From NCBI GenBank assembly GCA_964016885.1, contig OZ024742.1, positions 288,424,001-288,488,000 of the forward strand: a DNA stretch of 64,000 nucleotides, written 5' to 3'. Made by a program: the position numbers and the translations under genes. The notes beneath the pieces are model-generated. The model saw nothing but the letters and a program-made list of their open reading frames with translations, was not told where the DNA came from and did not search any database. The DNA comes from Eledone cirrhosa (Eukaryota). Shown piece after piece: positions 50,641-62,765 of the stretch; position 1 is the stretch's first letter, and each line of letters opens with the position of its first letter.

Positions 50641-51669
50641 CACTCTATTTACGGCAATTACTTTATCTACCCATTTTTCTGCTAACATAATTCCTACTCC
50701 ACCCAACCCATTTTCATTTCCCATCCAGAAAAGTTTATAGCATCGTTTTTTACCCACAATGAATCTAGCAGACCCACCCCTCCACCTAGTCTCATGAACA
50801 CAACAAACATCAATTTCGTTACGTTCAAGCATCTCTACAACCTCATTTGAGTGACCTTTCAATGTGCCTACGTTCATGGTACCAACTCTGAAGTTTTGGA
50901 TTTTGCTGGGTGGGTGGAAGGGATGGGTTGGGGATGCAGCGAGGGTGATGGAATTATGTTGGTCATCCATGTCTCCACAAACAAACCTTGTCCAAGCTTG
51001 TGCCTCAGAGAGAAACTTTCTAGGTGAAAAACCATGGTCATTTGTGACAGATAGGGGCATTTAAACAGTGATGTACCAAGAGGCTAGCAATAAATAAAAA
51101 AAGACGGAATATTATCATAATTGACTTTATTCGTCCAAAGTGTAATAAACATAAAATCTCTGTTTGTAATGAAAGTCCACTTTTGCAGCATCTCAGAATT
51201 TGTGTAATAGTTAGTATTGGTAGTGGTAGTAGTTGTAGTGCTAATAGAGGCGGTAGTGGTGATAGTTGGGAGTAGTATGTAGTTGGTAAGGTGTTAGGAG
51301 TAGTATTAGTTGTAGTGGTGGTAGTTGTAATGGTGGTGGTGTGAGGATTAGTATCAGTTGTAGTGGTGATAGTGGTGGTAGTTGTAATGGTGGTGGTGTT
51401 GGTGCTGCTGATAGAGGAATTAGTTGTAATTGTAATAAAGTATAGAAGAGGTAATATTTGTCGTGGTGATAGTTGGTGAGGTGGTGTTGTTGCTGCTTCT
51501 GATAGTGGTAGTAGCTGTAATTGTAATAAGGTGGTAGTTATAATTGTGGTAGTGATGGTAGTAGTAGTGTTAGTGGTGGTAGTGGTTGCAACAGTAGTAG
51601 TTGTGGTAGTACAAGCTACTCGGCTGTGTTTATATATGTGTATCTTATAATGCCTGTGTATGTATATAT

Positions 51670-54137
51670 CTTAGTCTTAGTTCCTCCAGTCCCTTGTGGA
51701 ACATTGGGCGACGAGCTTCCTCCACTTGATCCTGTCACTGGCGGCCCTTCTAGCACCTCTCCAGGTAATTCCCATCTCCCGCAGGTTCTCCCTGAATGTG
51801 CTCCGCCATGTTTTTCGTGGTCTTCCCCGTTCTCTCCTGCCACCTTCTGGTACCCAATCCATGGCAATATGAGCAGGTCGATCTGCCAGCAAATGAAGGA
51901 TGTGGCCCGCGAACCGCCGTCTCCTTTTCCGGACAATGTCCCTTAACCTCTCCAAATCCTGACCTCCTCATCACTTCCTCGTTGTTAACTTGGTCTCTCC
52001 ATGAAATTTTCAATATGGTCCGAATGCAACGACGGTGGAATACATCAAGCTTGTTACATACACTTTCCGTACTCTTCCATGTCTCACAGGCATATATCGC
52101 TGTTGGTACTACAATGGACATGTTAAACACGGAGTTTGATGGTGTTGCCGATGGAACACCTGGACCATACCGGATGGAGTCGCTGGAAGACCGCCGCTGC
52201 TTTTTCCAGCCTTGTGTGCACATCCACCTCAGCATCCCCATCGTCAGAGATAAGGATACCTTCTTTATCCAACTACAGGATGTCCTAGAGGAAACACCCA
52301 GGTCAGACATTAGGCTGGTGATTGGTGACTTCAATGCCAAGCTAGATGGAGACAGGAGAGAAATGCATTCAGCCATTGGCCCCCACGGGAATACATTCTT
52401 CACACATAGGCGGATTCACAAGATGAGATGGACTTCCTCTGATGGCAACATCAGGAATGAGATTGATTATATCTGCATTGGCACGAGGTGGCGTTCCTCT
52501 CTCTTGGATGTTCGCACCTACCGAGGGGCAGACGTCGGATCTGACCATCATCTTGTGGTTGGAAAAAATCCGCTTGAGGTTGAAGAACAAAGCAAATAAG
52601 ACCGTGAGGCCATATGCTGTCGCAAGCCTGCAAGACCAAGGCACGTCAGAGGGATTCTACCTGGAGATCAGCAATAAGTTCCAAGAACTACAGCAGGCAC
52701 AGAACCGTGAAGACCAGTGGCACATGTTTGCTCAGGCAGTCACAAGGCGAGTGCTGATGTAGTTATTGGTAGAGAAGGGGGACCAACCGGGAACAGTGGA
52801 TCAGCAGTACTTCATGGAATCTCCTTGATGAGAGGAAGGATGTTAAGAACAAAAGAGATCAAACCAAGACTCGACTGCAATGGAAGAAAGTGGACAAAGA
52901 GTACAGACGTCTTGACAAGGAAGTAAAGAAGAGCTGTCGAAAAGACAAGCGCCAGTGGTTTGAAGATCGGGCTGCAGAGGCACAGGTGGCAGCAGATCGA
53001 AATGATTCCAAGACGCTGTACCAGATCGTCAGAGAGCTAACTGGAGGATGAAGTGGAAGCAGTTTGCCAATCAAGAGCAAAGATGGTCGGATGCTTGCAG
53101 CCAGTGAAGAGCAGGCCCAGAGGTGGAACGAACACTTTCGTGAGGTCCTCAATCAGCCATCCCCCAACACAGTCTTCAAGCTTGACTGGGAGGAAGCGAG
53201 CTACCGGCTGGATGTACGACTAGACGACATCACAAGAGCTGAGGTGGCCAAGGCCATCCACTGCCAAAAGAATAACAAAGCGGCAGGGCTGGATAAGATT
53301 CCTGCAGAGCTTCTGAAGCACGGCAAGGATGTAATAGAGGAGCAGCTCACCCATATATGCAATGTGATTTGACAAGAGGAGGAGGTGCCGGAGGACTGGG
53401 GAAATGGAGTGATTGTACCACTACCGAAGAAGGGCTGTCTCAGCGACTGCAACAACTAGAGAGGGATCACGTTGCTATCAGTGCCAGGGAAGGTATTCTG
53501 CACAGTCATCCTGAACCGGCTGAGAGCAGAAGTAGATCGTCATCTTCGAGACGAACAGGCTGGCTTCCGCAGTGGAAGGTCTTGTTCAGAGCAGATCTTC
53601 ACTCTCCGAAATATCATTGAACAATGTCGGGAGTTCCACAAGTCCCTTGTTGTCAACTACATTGACTTCAGGAAAGCTTTCGACAGTGTTCATCGGGAGT
53701 CATTGTGGAAGATTGTAAGACTCTACGGTGTCCCAGAGAAATATATTAACATCTTCAGGTCGCTGTACCGACATTCCAGGTGCTGCGTTAGGACAAAGGA
53801 CGGAAACACGGAAATGTTTGACATCTTTACGGGTGTTCGACAAGGCTGCATCCTTTCGCCTTTCCTTTTCCTCATTCTCATCGATTTCATCATGAAGAAG
53901 ACAATGAGTGACCCTCGTTTTGGCATCAGTTGGGATGGAAGGAGATTAAGCAACCTGGACTTTGCCGATGACATCGCAGTGATAGGCCATTCCCGAGAAG
54001 ACCTGCAAGAGATGACAAACGTTCTAAATGACAATGCAGAGAAAGTTGGCCTGCGCATCAGTTGTGAAAAAACCAAGACCACGTCGACAGGTGACCCTCC
54101 AAATCCTCCCATCATGGTTGGTCAGCGTAACATTGAA
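51670..54137 (-). mobile_element. RTE-like LINE of a second family with 5' inversion
   Basis: 3' RT end on minus (51670-52258); APE-RT on plus (52250-54137, GDFNAK, GSDHHLV, FADD); TGTATGTATATAT TSD. Confidence 0.9.
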
Positions 54138-54357
54138 TGTATGTATATATATATATACACACACATGGCTTTGTTTATACATGTCTTTGCCTGTGTGTAT
54201 GTGTATATAGGTATACACATACATATATTCAAAATAGGGGCCACACAGGACCAAGTCAGTGTAAAAACAGCAGAAAAACGTTTTTCCATTGTTTTGGTCT
54301 GATGCTGAATTTGTATTTTAAAAACAGTCAGTGCGAGCTCTTTTTGAAACCATATAT

Positions 54358-54406
<49 letters not shown>

Positions 54407-55009
54407 AATTAAGAGTGAATAACCAATTTAGACTTATAACATGATTTTACTCTGCATACGGTTCAATGTATAACAGCCAACCATACCTCAATATATTGGG
54501 CAGGACATATATTGGTAAACTCCAATATAACCTAACACACACACATTATATATATATATATTTTTTTTTTTTTTCAATGTAAAGCATCAAGATAAAATTA
54601 TTATTTTTGCCAGGCATTGTTTTTGCAATCACCATATATATAATAATTTGTCCATAGATGAATCGTTGTATATGTTGTCAGTGAAAAGGGCAGAACCAAA
54701 ATATAAATTAAAATTTTTTTTATTTATCTTTTTTTGCACTATCAGAACCTCCATAGTTCAAAACAAAAAAACCTGGATACTGTTTTGAAAAAAATAAATA
54801 AAAACAGAAAATAAGGAACAGCGTGATTCACAATAGAGGTGTACATATGAAAGCATATACAATATTTTTATGTATAATAAACATATATGCATCATGCTAT
54901 GGGTGTTTTAAAAATGCCACAGCTACCTTAGTATCCATGTAAGAATTCTAGACACTAGTGATTCAGGATTTTTATCCATCATCAAGTCAGGTAAATATCC
55001 ACTCAGTTC

Positions 55010-55520
55010 TGGAGCCAGCTGGATTATCCAGAATTGATGGGAACAGACCCGACAGCCTTACTCTTTGTCCCTGGATTTGAGGCAGATGTCTCATTTGGGA
55101 AGCCACAGTAAATGTGAGAGTCACTGCTTCTGTTGCTGAAAGAATAAAATCCTAAAAACTATCAAATTACTATTTTTTCCAGCCTGTAGCGTTCAAGACG
55201 TTCGGTGGAGCTGGGCCGCTGACAGCATTCTTGTCCTCGTTGGTGGCTCACCTTACTGAGGTGTCGATGACCGAGATTGCCTGGTTGTTTCAGTGTCGTA
55301 GCCTTGCCATCATCCGCGGTAATGCTGAGAGCGTGTTGTCTTGCCTAAAAATTTTCCGTTAACCCTTGTGGTGTGGTGTGCGGTTGATTGTCACATATGG
55401 TGGTAAATTGATGGTTGTTTTTGTTTATTTGTTTTCTTTCCTTTTCTTTCTCTCTCGCTTTGATCATATATTTTTGTGCATTATATTTGTGAGTTTCCTA
55501 GCAATAATTAATTGTATTTA
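55010..55520 (+). mobile_element. 3' fragment of a CRE-like (restriction-like endonuclease) non-LTR element
   Basis: Decayed DG.RPD.LTL.PW..G..L.W.ATV...FQPVAF.TFG...WLFQ..SLAIIRGNA.SVL; same coding end and 3' UTR present at 35345-35840. Confidence 0.7.
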
Positions 55521-56229
55521 TTATATGTGTTTAAAAAAAAATGTTTATTCACTTGGTACTGAGACAAGAATAAGCCAGTCAAGTCTGCTCTATATGCAAA
55601 TAAGTATCTCCAGCAGATATTTTATATGCAAAATGTATATATAAACTGTAGCTTCTTGTCTCATTACCGAGTGAGTAGACATCATTGATGATGGATTAAA
55701 ATAAACCTGAAACACTTAGTGTCTGGTTCTCCCACATGGCTACTAGGGTAGCAGTGACATGATCATGGCTTAAAACAGCCAAAGTGAGACATGTGTGTAT
55801 TATAATGTGGTGTAGTGGTGTGTGCATGTGGGTATGCATATGCATGCACATTTATATATATATATATAAAACCATCATCATCACAATTTAAAATCTATTT
55901 TTCCCTGCTAGACAAAAGTCTAAAATTTTCAAATTTTTCCAGTGTTAACAATGTTTTTATATTAATTCAATCATAATATTTTTATGCATTTATCTTTGTT
56001 TTTGTTGAAAGACACCCGTAATTATTCCTGTCGATTCTTTGTTGTGATATTGTCCCACATCTAGCTTACCAACAGAGTAGCTTTCCAATTTGCTGCGCAA
56101 ACTGTCATTATAAATGCCATCTCACCTTAATGTGTGAAATAACACACCAACATGGTAGCTGAGAAGATACACATGCAGTTTTCTATGCATCTTAAATAAC
56201 TGTTTTTCTGTGTGCATTTTTGCTAATAC

Positions 56230-56249
56230 TATGTACATATATATATATT

Positions 56250-56298
<49 letters not shown>

Positions 56299-56927
56299 TA
56301 TATATATATACACACACACGCGCACATATATATATATGTTATATATATATATATATATACATACATATACACACACATACACGTTATATATATATACATA
56401 CGTATACACATGCATACACACGCACATATACATACATACATATAGACATGCACATATATATACATACATATACACATAGACACGCACATATGTTATATAT
56501 ATATATATCATCATCATCATCGTTTAACGTCTATCTTCCACGCTAGCATGGGTTTACACGGGAATTGTCTCACTTGAGGCAAGATTGGTCGGGTGACCAT
56601 GTCTCGCTCGTACAGGACTGTTTGGCAGGTTTTCTACAGCTGGATGCCCTTCCTAACACCAACCATGTTTACAGTGTGGACTGGGAGGTTTTTACCGTGT
56701 TACCTACACGGCTTACCATATATATACATATAAATATATATACACATACGTACACACACACATATATAAATGTATATACACATACACACACACACACACA
56801 TAAATATATATACACATACATACACACACATAAATATATATACACATACATACACACACAAATATATATACACATACATACACACATTTAAATATATATA
56901 TACATACATATATATATATATACACAT

Positions 56928-56962
<35 letters not shown>

Positions 56963-56985
56963 ACACATACAGACACACATACATC
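56230..56985. repeat. (TA)/(CA) microsatellite field with an RTE 3' tail inserted at 56508-56718
   Basis: Dinucleotide tracts; insert matches the RTE-1/RTE-3 3' UTR and (GAT)n tail. Confidence 0.9.
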
Positions 56986-57115
56986 AGATATCTCAGCAAA
57001 AGGACTGAATTTTAAACAAACTTAAGAAAAATCTGTCTTGTAAGATGTATCTCATACACTATGCTCTGAATATTATTGCAGAGACCCATAATTTACCTTG
57101 AGTATTTGCTCCTGA

Positions 57116-57152
<37 letters not shown>

Positions 57153-57517
57153 TAAACACTGGGAAATATATTAGATATTAAAAATTATTGTCATAAGGGA
57201 ATGTATGAATGCCACACAAATTATTATATGCATATATGCAAGTGTTTTTGTCTAGAATTGTAATTTCAGTATCTTTGCATCTTACGTATGCAGTGCACAA
57301 CACTAACAGAACAAACTAGTTGATTAAAGGTTGTCACGAGGGAGAGAAAGAGAGAGGGAGGATGAGATTGGGTGTGTAGAGCTGAATTAAATATGTTGTA
57401 AAGGTGGGAAGCCATATCATCACCATCACCACAAACAACATCTACATTGTCACCACAATCAACCCCAAACTCCACCACAATCACCACCACCACCACCACT
57501 GCCAACACTGCCAGTAA

Positions 57518-57583
57518 TCATTGGTCTTGTAGAGAGGCTTTTAAAGCTTCTTCAATCATTTCTTGTTCATGTTTTGAGAAATC
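57518..57583 (-). CDS. RNF166: RNF166-like terminal exon (UIM)
   Basis: ctttag|GAT; DFSKHEQEMIEEALKASLQDQ then TGA; UIM-type E...AL..SL pattern. Confidence 0.9.
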   Translation of the reverse strand, partial: DFSKHEQEMIEEALKASLQDQ

Positions 57584-58305
57584 CTAAAGGATAAAAAAAC
57601 AAAACAATTATCATCATCATCACCATCAACACTTTGATAAACATTTTAATATCTTAATCCTTTAGCAATTAAACCGGCCATATCTGGTCAGAATTCTTTC
57701 ATCTCTTTCTGTTCATAACTGGCTGCTCATACTGATGTTAAGGTATTGTTCTCAAAATAAATAATATCAAAATCTCGTAGATTCGATATTATGTGAGATA
57801 ACTATGTGAGGTAAAGCCTTTACCATGAAAATACAATAGTAAATATAAAGTAATGTAAATACTAAAGGGTTAATCTTACATGTTGGCATGGATAGGATAA
57901 ATTTACAAAAACAAGATTTCACTGTTTGGTTTGGTCTTGTGTCATCTTATGCATGAGGCCCAATATCCCAAAATCTTACCTTTGCCAATCCTCCTTAGTT
58001 GTTCTCTATCATGGCTACTTTCCATTCATCCATGAGGTATTTGAGTGGTACATTTAGTCTGCCTACAATACCACTACACCTTGTATACACGTGTTTTATA
58101 TTGTAAGCATCATATAAAGTTCCTACCTAATCCTTTTATACATATTAGTAGATGCAAATATATACAAAATTGCATTGTCTAGTGGGTGACCAATGTGAAA
58201 GATAGATGCTTTTGTTCATTTGTCGCACTTGTTTTGTTTTCTCCATGAGCAACTTTACTATATATATATATATATATATACACATATATATATATATATA
58301 TACAT

Positions 58306-58875
58306 GTAACAACAGACACTAACATGTTAACAACAGATGTAACACAAACACTAACATGTTAACAGATGTAACAACTGACACTAACACGTTAACAGATATA
58401 ACAACAGACACTAACACGTTAACAGATATAACAACAGACACTAACATGTTAACAACAGATGTAATACAGACACTAACATGTTAACAGATGTAACAACTGA
58501 CACTAACATGTTAACAGATGTAACAACTGACACTAACATGTGAACAGATATAACAACAGGCACTAACATATTAACAACAGATGTAACAACATATTAACAT
58601 ATTAACAGATGTGGCACCAGACACTAACATTAACCTTAGGTATGGAGGTATGGCACCAGACACACACTAACATGTTAACAACAGATGTAACAACAGACAC
58701 TGACATGTTAACAGATGTGGCACCAGACACCAACATTAATCACAGATATGGCACCAGACACACACTAACATGTTAACCACATTTGTGGTAGCAGACACTA
58801 ACATTAACAACAGATGTAACACCAGACACTGACATATTAACCAAAGATGTAACAACAGACACTAACATGTTAACA
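58306..58875. repeat. 24-27-bp minisatellite next to an RNF166 splice donor
   Basis: Tandem TAACAACAGACACTAACATGTTAACAGATG variants. Confidence 0.9.
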
Positions 58876-58883
58876 ATACTTAC

Positions 58884-58991
58884 AACAAACGTATCATATT
58901 CAAAGCGATGCCTTAAACTCAAGTGGCGGATGAAGTTGGCACTGAGTCTATGTGGATCACCCCAGGGCATTGAGGTACAAATAGGACACAC
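58884..58991 (-). CDS. RNF166: RNF166-like Di19 zinc-finger exon
   Basis: ttacag|GTG...GTT|gtaagt; [36 protein letters not shown]. Confidence 0.95.
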
Positions 58992-59693
58992 CTGTAATAT
59001 AAACAAATAAAACATCTGTGAGATAAATATACACATGGACAAAAAATAAAACACTTATAATATATATATATATATGTATATATGCATACACACAGCTAAG
59101 TTCCGTTATACCAAACACCAGTATAACAAAATTTTCAATCCCTGGCCACATGCTCGAAGTATTCTGGCCGATTTTGTAATGAATTTTTTGTGACAACAAA
59201 TTTTTTTATACCCCATGAATTTTGCTATAAGGGAGTTCCACTGTATGTATCATCATCATCATTTTACGTCCACTTTTCCCTGCTTGCAAGGGTGAGACAG
59301 GAACTAATTCTGGCTTGATTTCTACAGCTGGATCCCCTTCCTAACACCAACCTCATTTACAGTGAGTGCTGGGTGCTTTTTTTGCCGTGGCACCTCGACG
59401 ACCACTCTACAGTGGAATGATAGGGACTGGCGTAGGGACTGGCGTCCCTATCATCTCATTTCTACAGCTGAGTAAACTGGAGCAATGTGAAATAAAGTGT
59501 CTTGCTCAAGGAAACAACACATCACCCGGTCTGAGAATTGAATTCACAACCTTTATATATATATACTTAGGGTAAACATTGATGCAATTCAATTCAAGCA
59601 CTCAAAGTACTTATTCCACATAGTAGTGACGGCGTAAATATCGAATAAGGAAGAGCGAAGTAGTTTCAGATGTTCAAGTCCTTTAATAATAAT

Positions 59694-59767
59694 GCTGTGA
59701 TATATATTTCAATGGTGAAAGTGGCCACACTGTTCTGTGCGCCAGTCTCGCGACATCGTCAGACAGC
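59694..59767 (-). ncRNA. Type I hammerhead ribozyme motif (sense in RNF166 pre-mRNA)
   Basis: GCUGU-CUGACGA-[45-nt imperfect stem II]-GAAA-U-AUAU-A-UC^ACAGC; 5-bp stem I, minimal stem III with palindromic loop, AUC cleavage triplet. Confidence 0.72.
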
Positions 59768-62232
59768 TTGTTACATAATAAGGTTATGTTTCCGAGGCAA
59801 TCCAAATTGAATCGACATGGGAACGGACGAAGTATGTGCTTTTGGGTTCTTCATCGTTCTCCTATGAGTACCAATTCACCCCCACTGGTCTGCGCAGGTC
59901 CAGGGGGAAGATGACCATTAGCTACCGCAGATTTAAACGAAATTCGCTTGGTCAGTTCCCTCTCTCAGCCAGACAATGATCCATTCAAGCCGGCACCATA
60001 GTTTATTGCTACCCATCTCATCTGTGACAGTCAGCCGAAAGCCAGTGGGGATGGGAGAGTGTTAGTATTTACAGGTCTCTATACTACCTCTCATTAATAA
60101 CTGACCATCAACCCCTAAGAGTATATATTTTTAATTCTATGTATCATAGTTTCATATTGGAAGTTATAAGTGAAATTAAAACTAAAAATTACAATTTAAA
60201 ATCGAAAATCCTAAATCAAGTATCAGAAATTATAAATTAAAAAATTAACAAATAGAAATTAAACAATTAAAGATTTTTCAAGTGAGAATCCGGATTGAGG
60301 TGAGTAGAAAAAATATATAGATTGAAGTGAGTAAATAATATGCAGATAGATGTTTAAGTAAGAAGTTCTGAAAGGGGTCCTAATGTTACAGTTACCCTAT
60401 TTACATACTGAACGATGGTGCCGTACAGTAGAACTGAGGGTAAATTACAGTATTACGGGTAGTAGTCAATTGGGTACATAGTCGTAATTTCCATCACATG
60501 GAACAAAACCAACAAAGACAGATATAATACACAAAAGAAAAGAACCAATGAATGAATGAGTAAATGAGTGAATGAATGAATGAATGAGTGAATGCAAAAA
60601 CACAGAGTACATATATGCAAAATGATCCATATTATTGTCAATTTGTCCATGTATAGGTTGAATTGAGGGGGCTTCTGTTCAAATGCGATTTGGTGCAGAA
60701 AAATAGGGGTTTATCTTTGTTTCCGCGTATTTATCCTGCCGAAAGTTATTATTATGTCCGTCCAGTGTCCGGGGTTTCCATCCCATGGTAGAGGGAATTT
60801 CCAGGGGTAGCTCATGGTTGGTTCCTCTCTTCTCCACCATATCGGTTACATCATAGAGCGCTCAACTAATTGGAGCTAAATTCTTAGGGTAAATATTGAT
60901 GCAATTCAAATCAAGCACTCAACGTACTTATTCCATATAGGAGTGACGGAGTAAATATCGAATAAGGAAGCGCGAAGTAGTTTCAGATGTTCAAGTCCTT
61001 TAATAATAATGCTGTGATATATATTTCGCTCTTCCTTATTCGATATTTACTCCGTCACTCCTATGTGGAATAAGTACGTTGAGTGCTTGATTTGAATTGC
61101 ATCAATATTTACCCTAAGAATTTAGCTCCAATTAGTTGAGCGCTCTATGATGTAACCGATATGGTGGAGAAGAGAGGAACCAACCATGAGCTACCCCTGG
61201 AAATTCCCTCCACCATGGGATGGAAACCCCGGACACTGGACGGACATAATAATAACTTTCGGCAGGATAAATACGCGGAAACAAAGATAAACCCCTATTT
61301 TTCTGCACCAAATCGCATTTGAACAGAAGCCCCCTCAATTCAACCTATACATGAACAAATTGACAATAATATGGATCATTTTGCATATATGTACTCTGTG
61401 TTTTTGCATTCATTCATTCACTCATTTACTCATTCATTCATTCATTGGTTCTTTTCTTTTGTGTACTATATATGTCTTTGTTGGTTTTGTTCCATGTGAT
61501 GGAAATTACGACTATGTACCCAATTGACTACTACCCGTAATACTGTAATTTACCCTCAGTTCTACTGTACGGCACCATCGTTCAGTATGTAAATAGGGTA
61601 ACTGTAACATTAGGACCCCTTTCAGAACTTCTTACTTAAACATCTATCTGCATATTATTTACTCACTTCAATCTATATATTTTTTCTACTCACCTCAATC
61701 CGGATTCTCACTTGAAAAATCTTTAATTGTTTAATTTCTATTTGTTAATTTTTTAATTTATAATTTCTGATACTTGATTTAGGATTTTCGATTTTAAATT
61801 GTAATTTTTAGTTCTAATTTCACTTATAACTTCCAATATGAAACTATGATACATAGAATTAAAAATATATACTCTTAGGGGTTGATGGTCAGTTATTAGT
61901 GAGAGGTAGTTTAGAGACCTGTAAATACTAACACTCTCCCATCCCCACTGGCTTTCGGCTGACTGCCACAGATGGGATCGGTAGCAATAAACTATGGTGC
62001 CGGCTTGAATGGATCATTGTCTGGCTGAGAGAGGGAACTGACCAAGCGAATTTCATTTAAATCTGCGGTAGCTAATGGTCATCTTCCCCCTGGACCTGCG
62101 CCTGCGCAGACCAGTGGGGGTGAATTGATACTCACAGGGGAACGGATGAAGAACCCAAAAGCACATACTTCGTCCATTCCCATGTCAATTCAATTTGGAT
62201 TGCCTCGGAAACATAACCTTATTATGTAACAA

Positions 62233-62306
62233 GCTGTCTGACGATGTCGCGAGACTGGCGCACAGAACAGTGTGGTCACTTTCGCCATTGAAATATATAT
62301 CACAGC
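62233..62306 (+). ncRNA. Type I hammerhead ribozyme motif (second arm)
   Basis: GCTGT CTGACGA TGTCGCG...CGCCATT GAAA TATATATC ACAGC; core identical to the first arm, 2 changes confined to stem II. Confidence 0.72.
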
Positions 62307-62353
62307 ATTATTATTAAAGGACTTGAACATCTGAAACTACTTCGCTTTTCCTT

Positions 62354-62391
<38 letters not shown>

Positions 62392-62765
62392 ATTATCACT
62401 AACATATAGTGCTTGTTTTCCCTGCTAGCAAGGTAGGTGTGTGTGTGTGTGTGCGCGCGTGGTGAAACTGTTCCCATGATACTGATCTGTATGACCTCAA
62501 ACTCTCAATAGTCACATTAATGAGATGACTCTCACTGGTCACATCTATATAACATCTGACCTTCTATGGTCATATCAATATTTGTAAATACCCTCACCCC
62601 ACATTTTACATCTACATAACCCAATGTATCATGGGTACTGCCATGACATCTGAGACTTTACAATATATGACTGGTATGACTGATACTACTGGTAAGACTG
62701 GTATTACTAGTACTACTGGTGTCACAATACAGACAGTAAAGAAAGAAAGCTGTGCTTAAACTTAC

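Larger units (their letters stand above)
42716..51000 (-). mobile_element. RTE LINE (RTE-3) hosting three nested insertions
   Basis: Collinear RTE pieces at 42716-44045, 46278-47438 and 50641-~51000; removing 47439-50646 restores TATTCTGTCGTTCACTCTATTTAC (VNRVNDRI). Confidence 0.9.
59566..62357. mobile_element. Non-coding Penelope-like/retrozyme-like foldback element
   Basis: 1317-bp unit, 145-bp direct repeat of its start (60883-61027), then an inverted full unit (61025-62357); (TA)n on both flanks; hammerhead motif in each arm. Confidence 0.8.

Noticed and set aside
58306-58875. CRISPR-like periodic array (also 23595-23880 and 34895-35325)
   Set aside because: Head-to-tail degenerate units with no unique spacers, in eukaryotic introns or intergenic DNA with no cas genes: minisatellites.
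59567-59572. Telomeric TTAGGG at the foldback element end (Athena-like priming)
   Set aside because: A single hexamer that is also present internally at 60884; no telomeric array.
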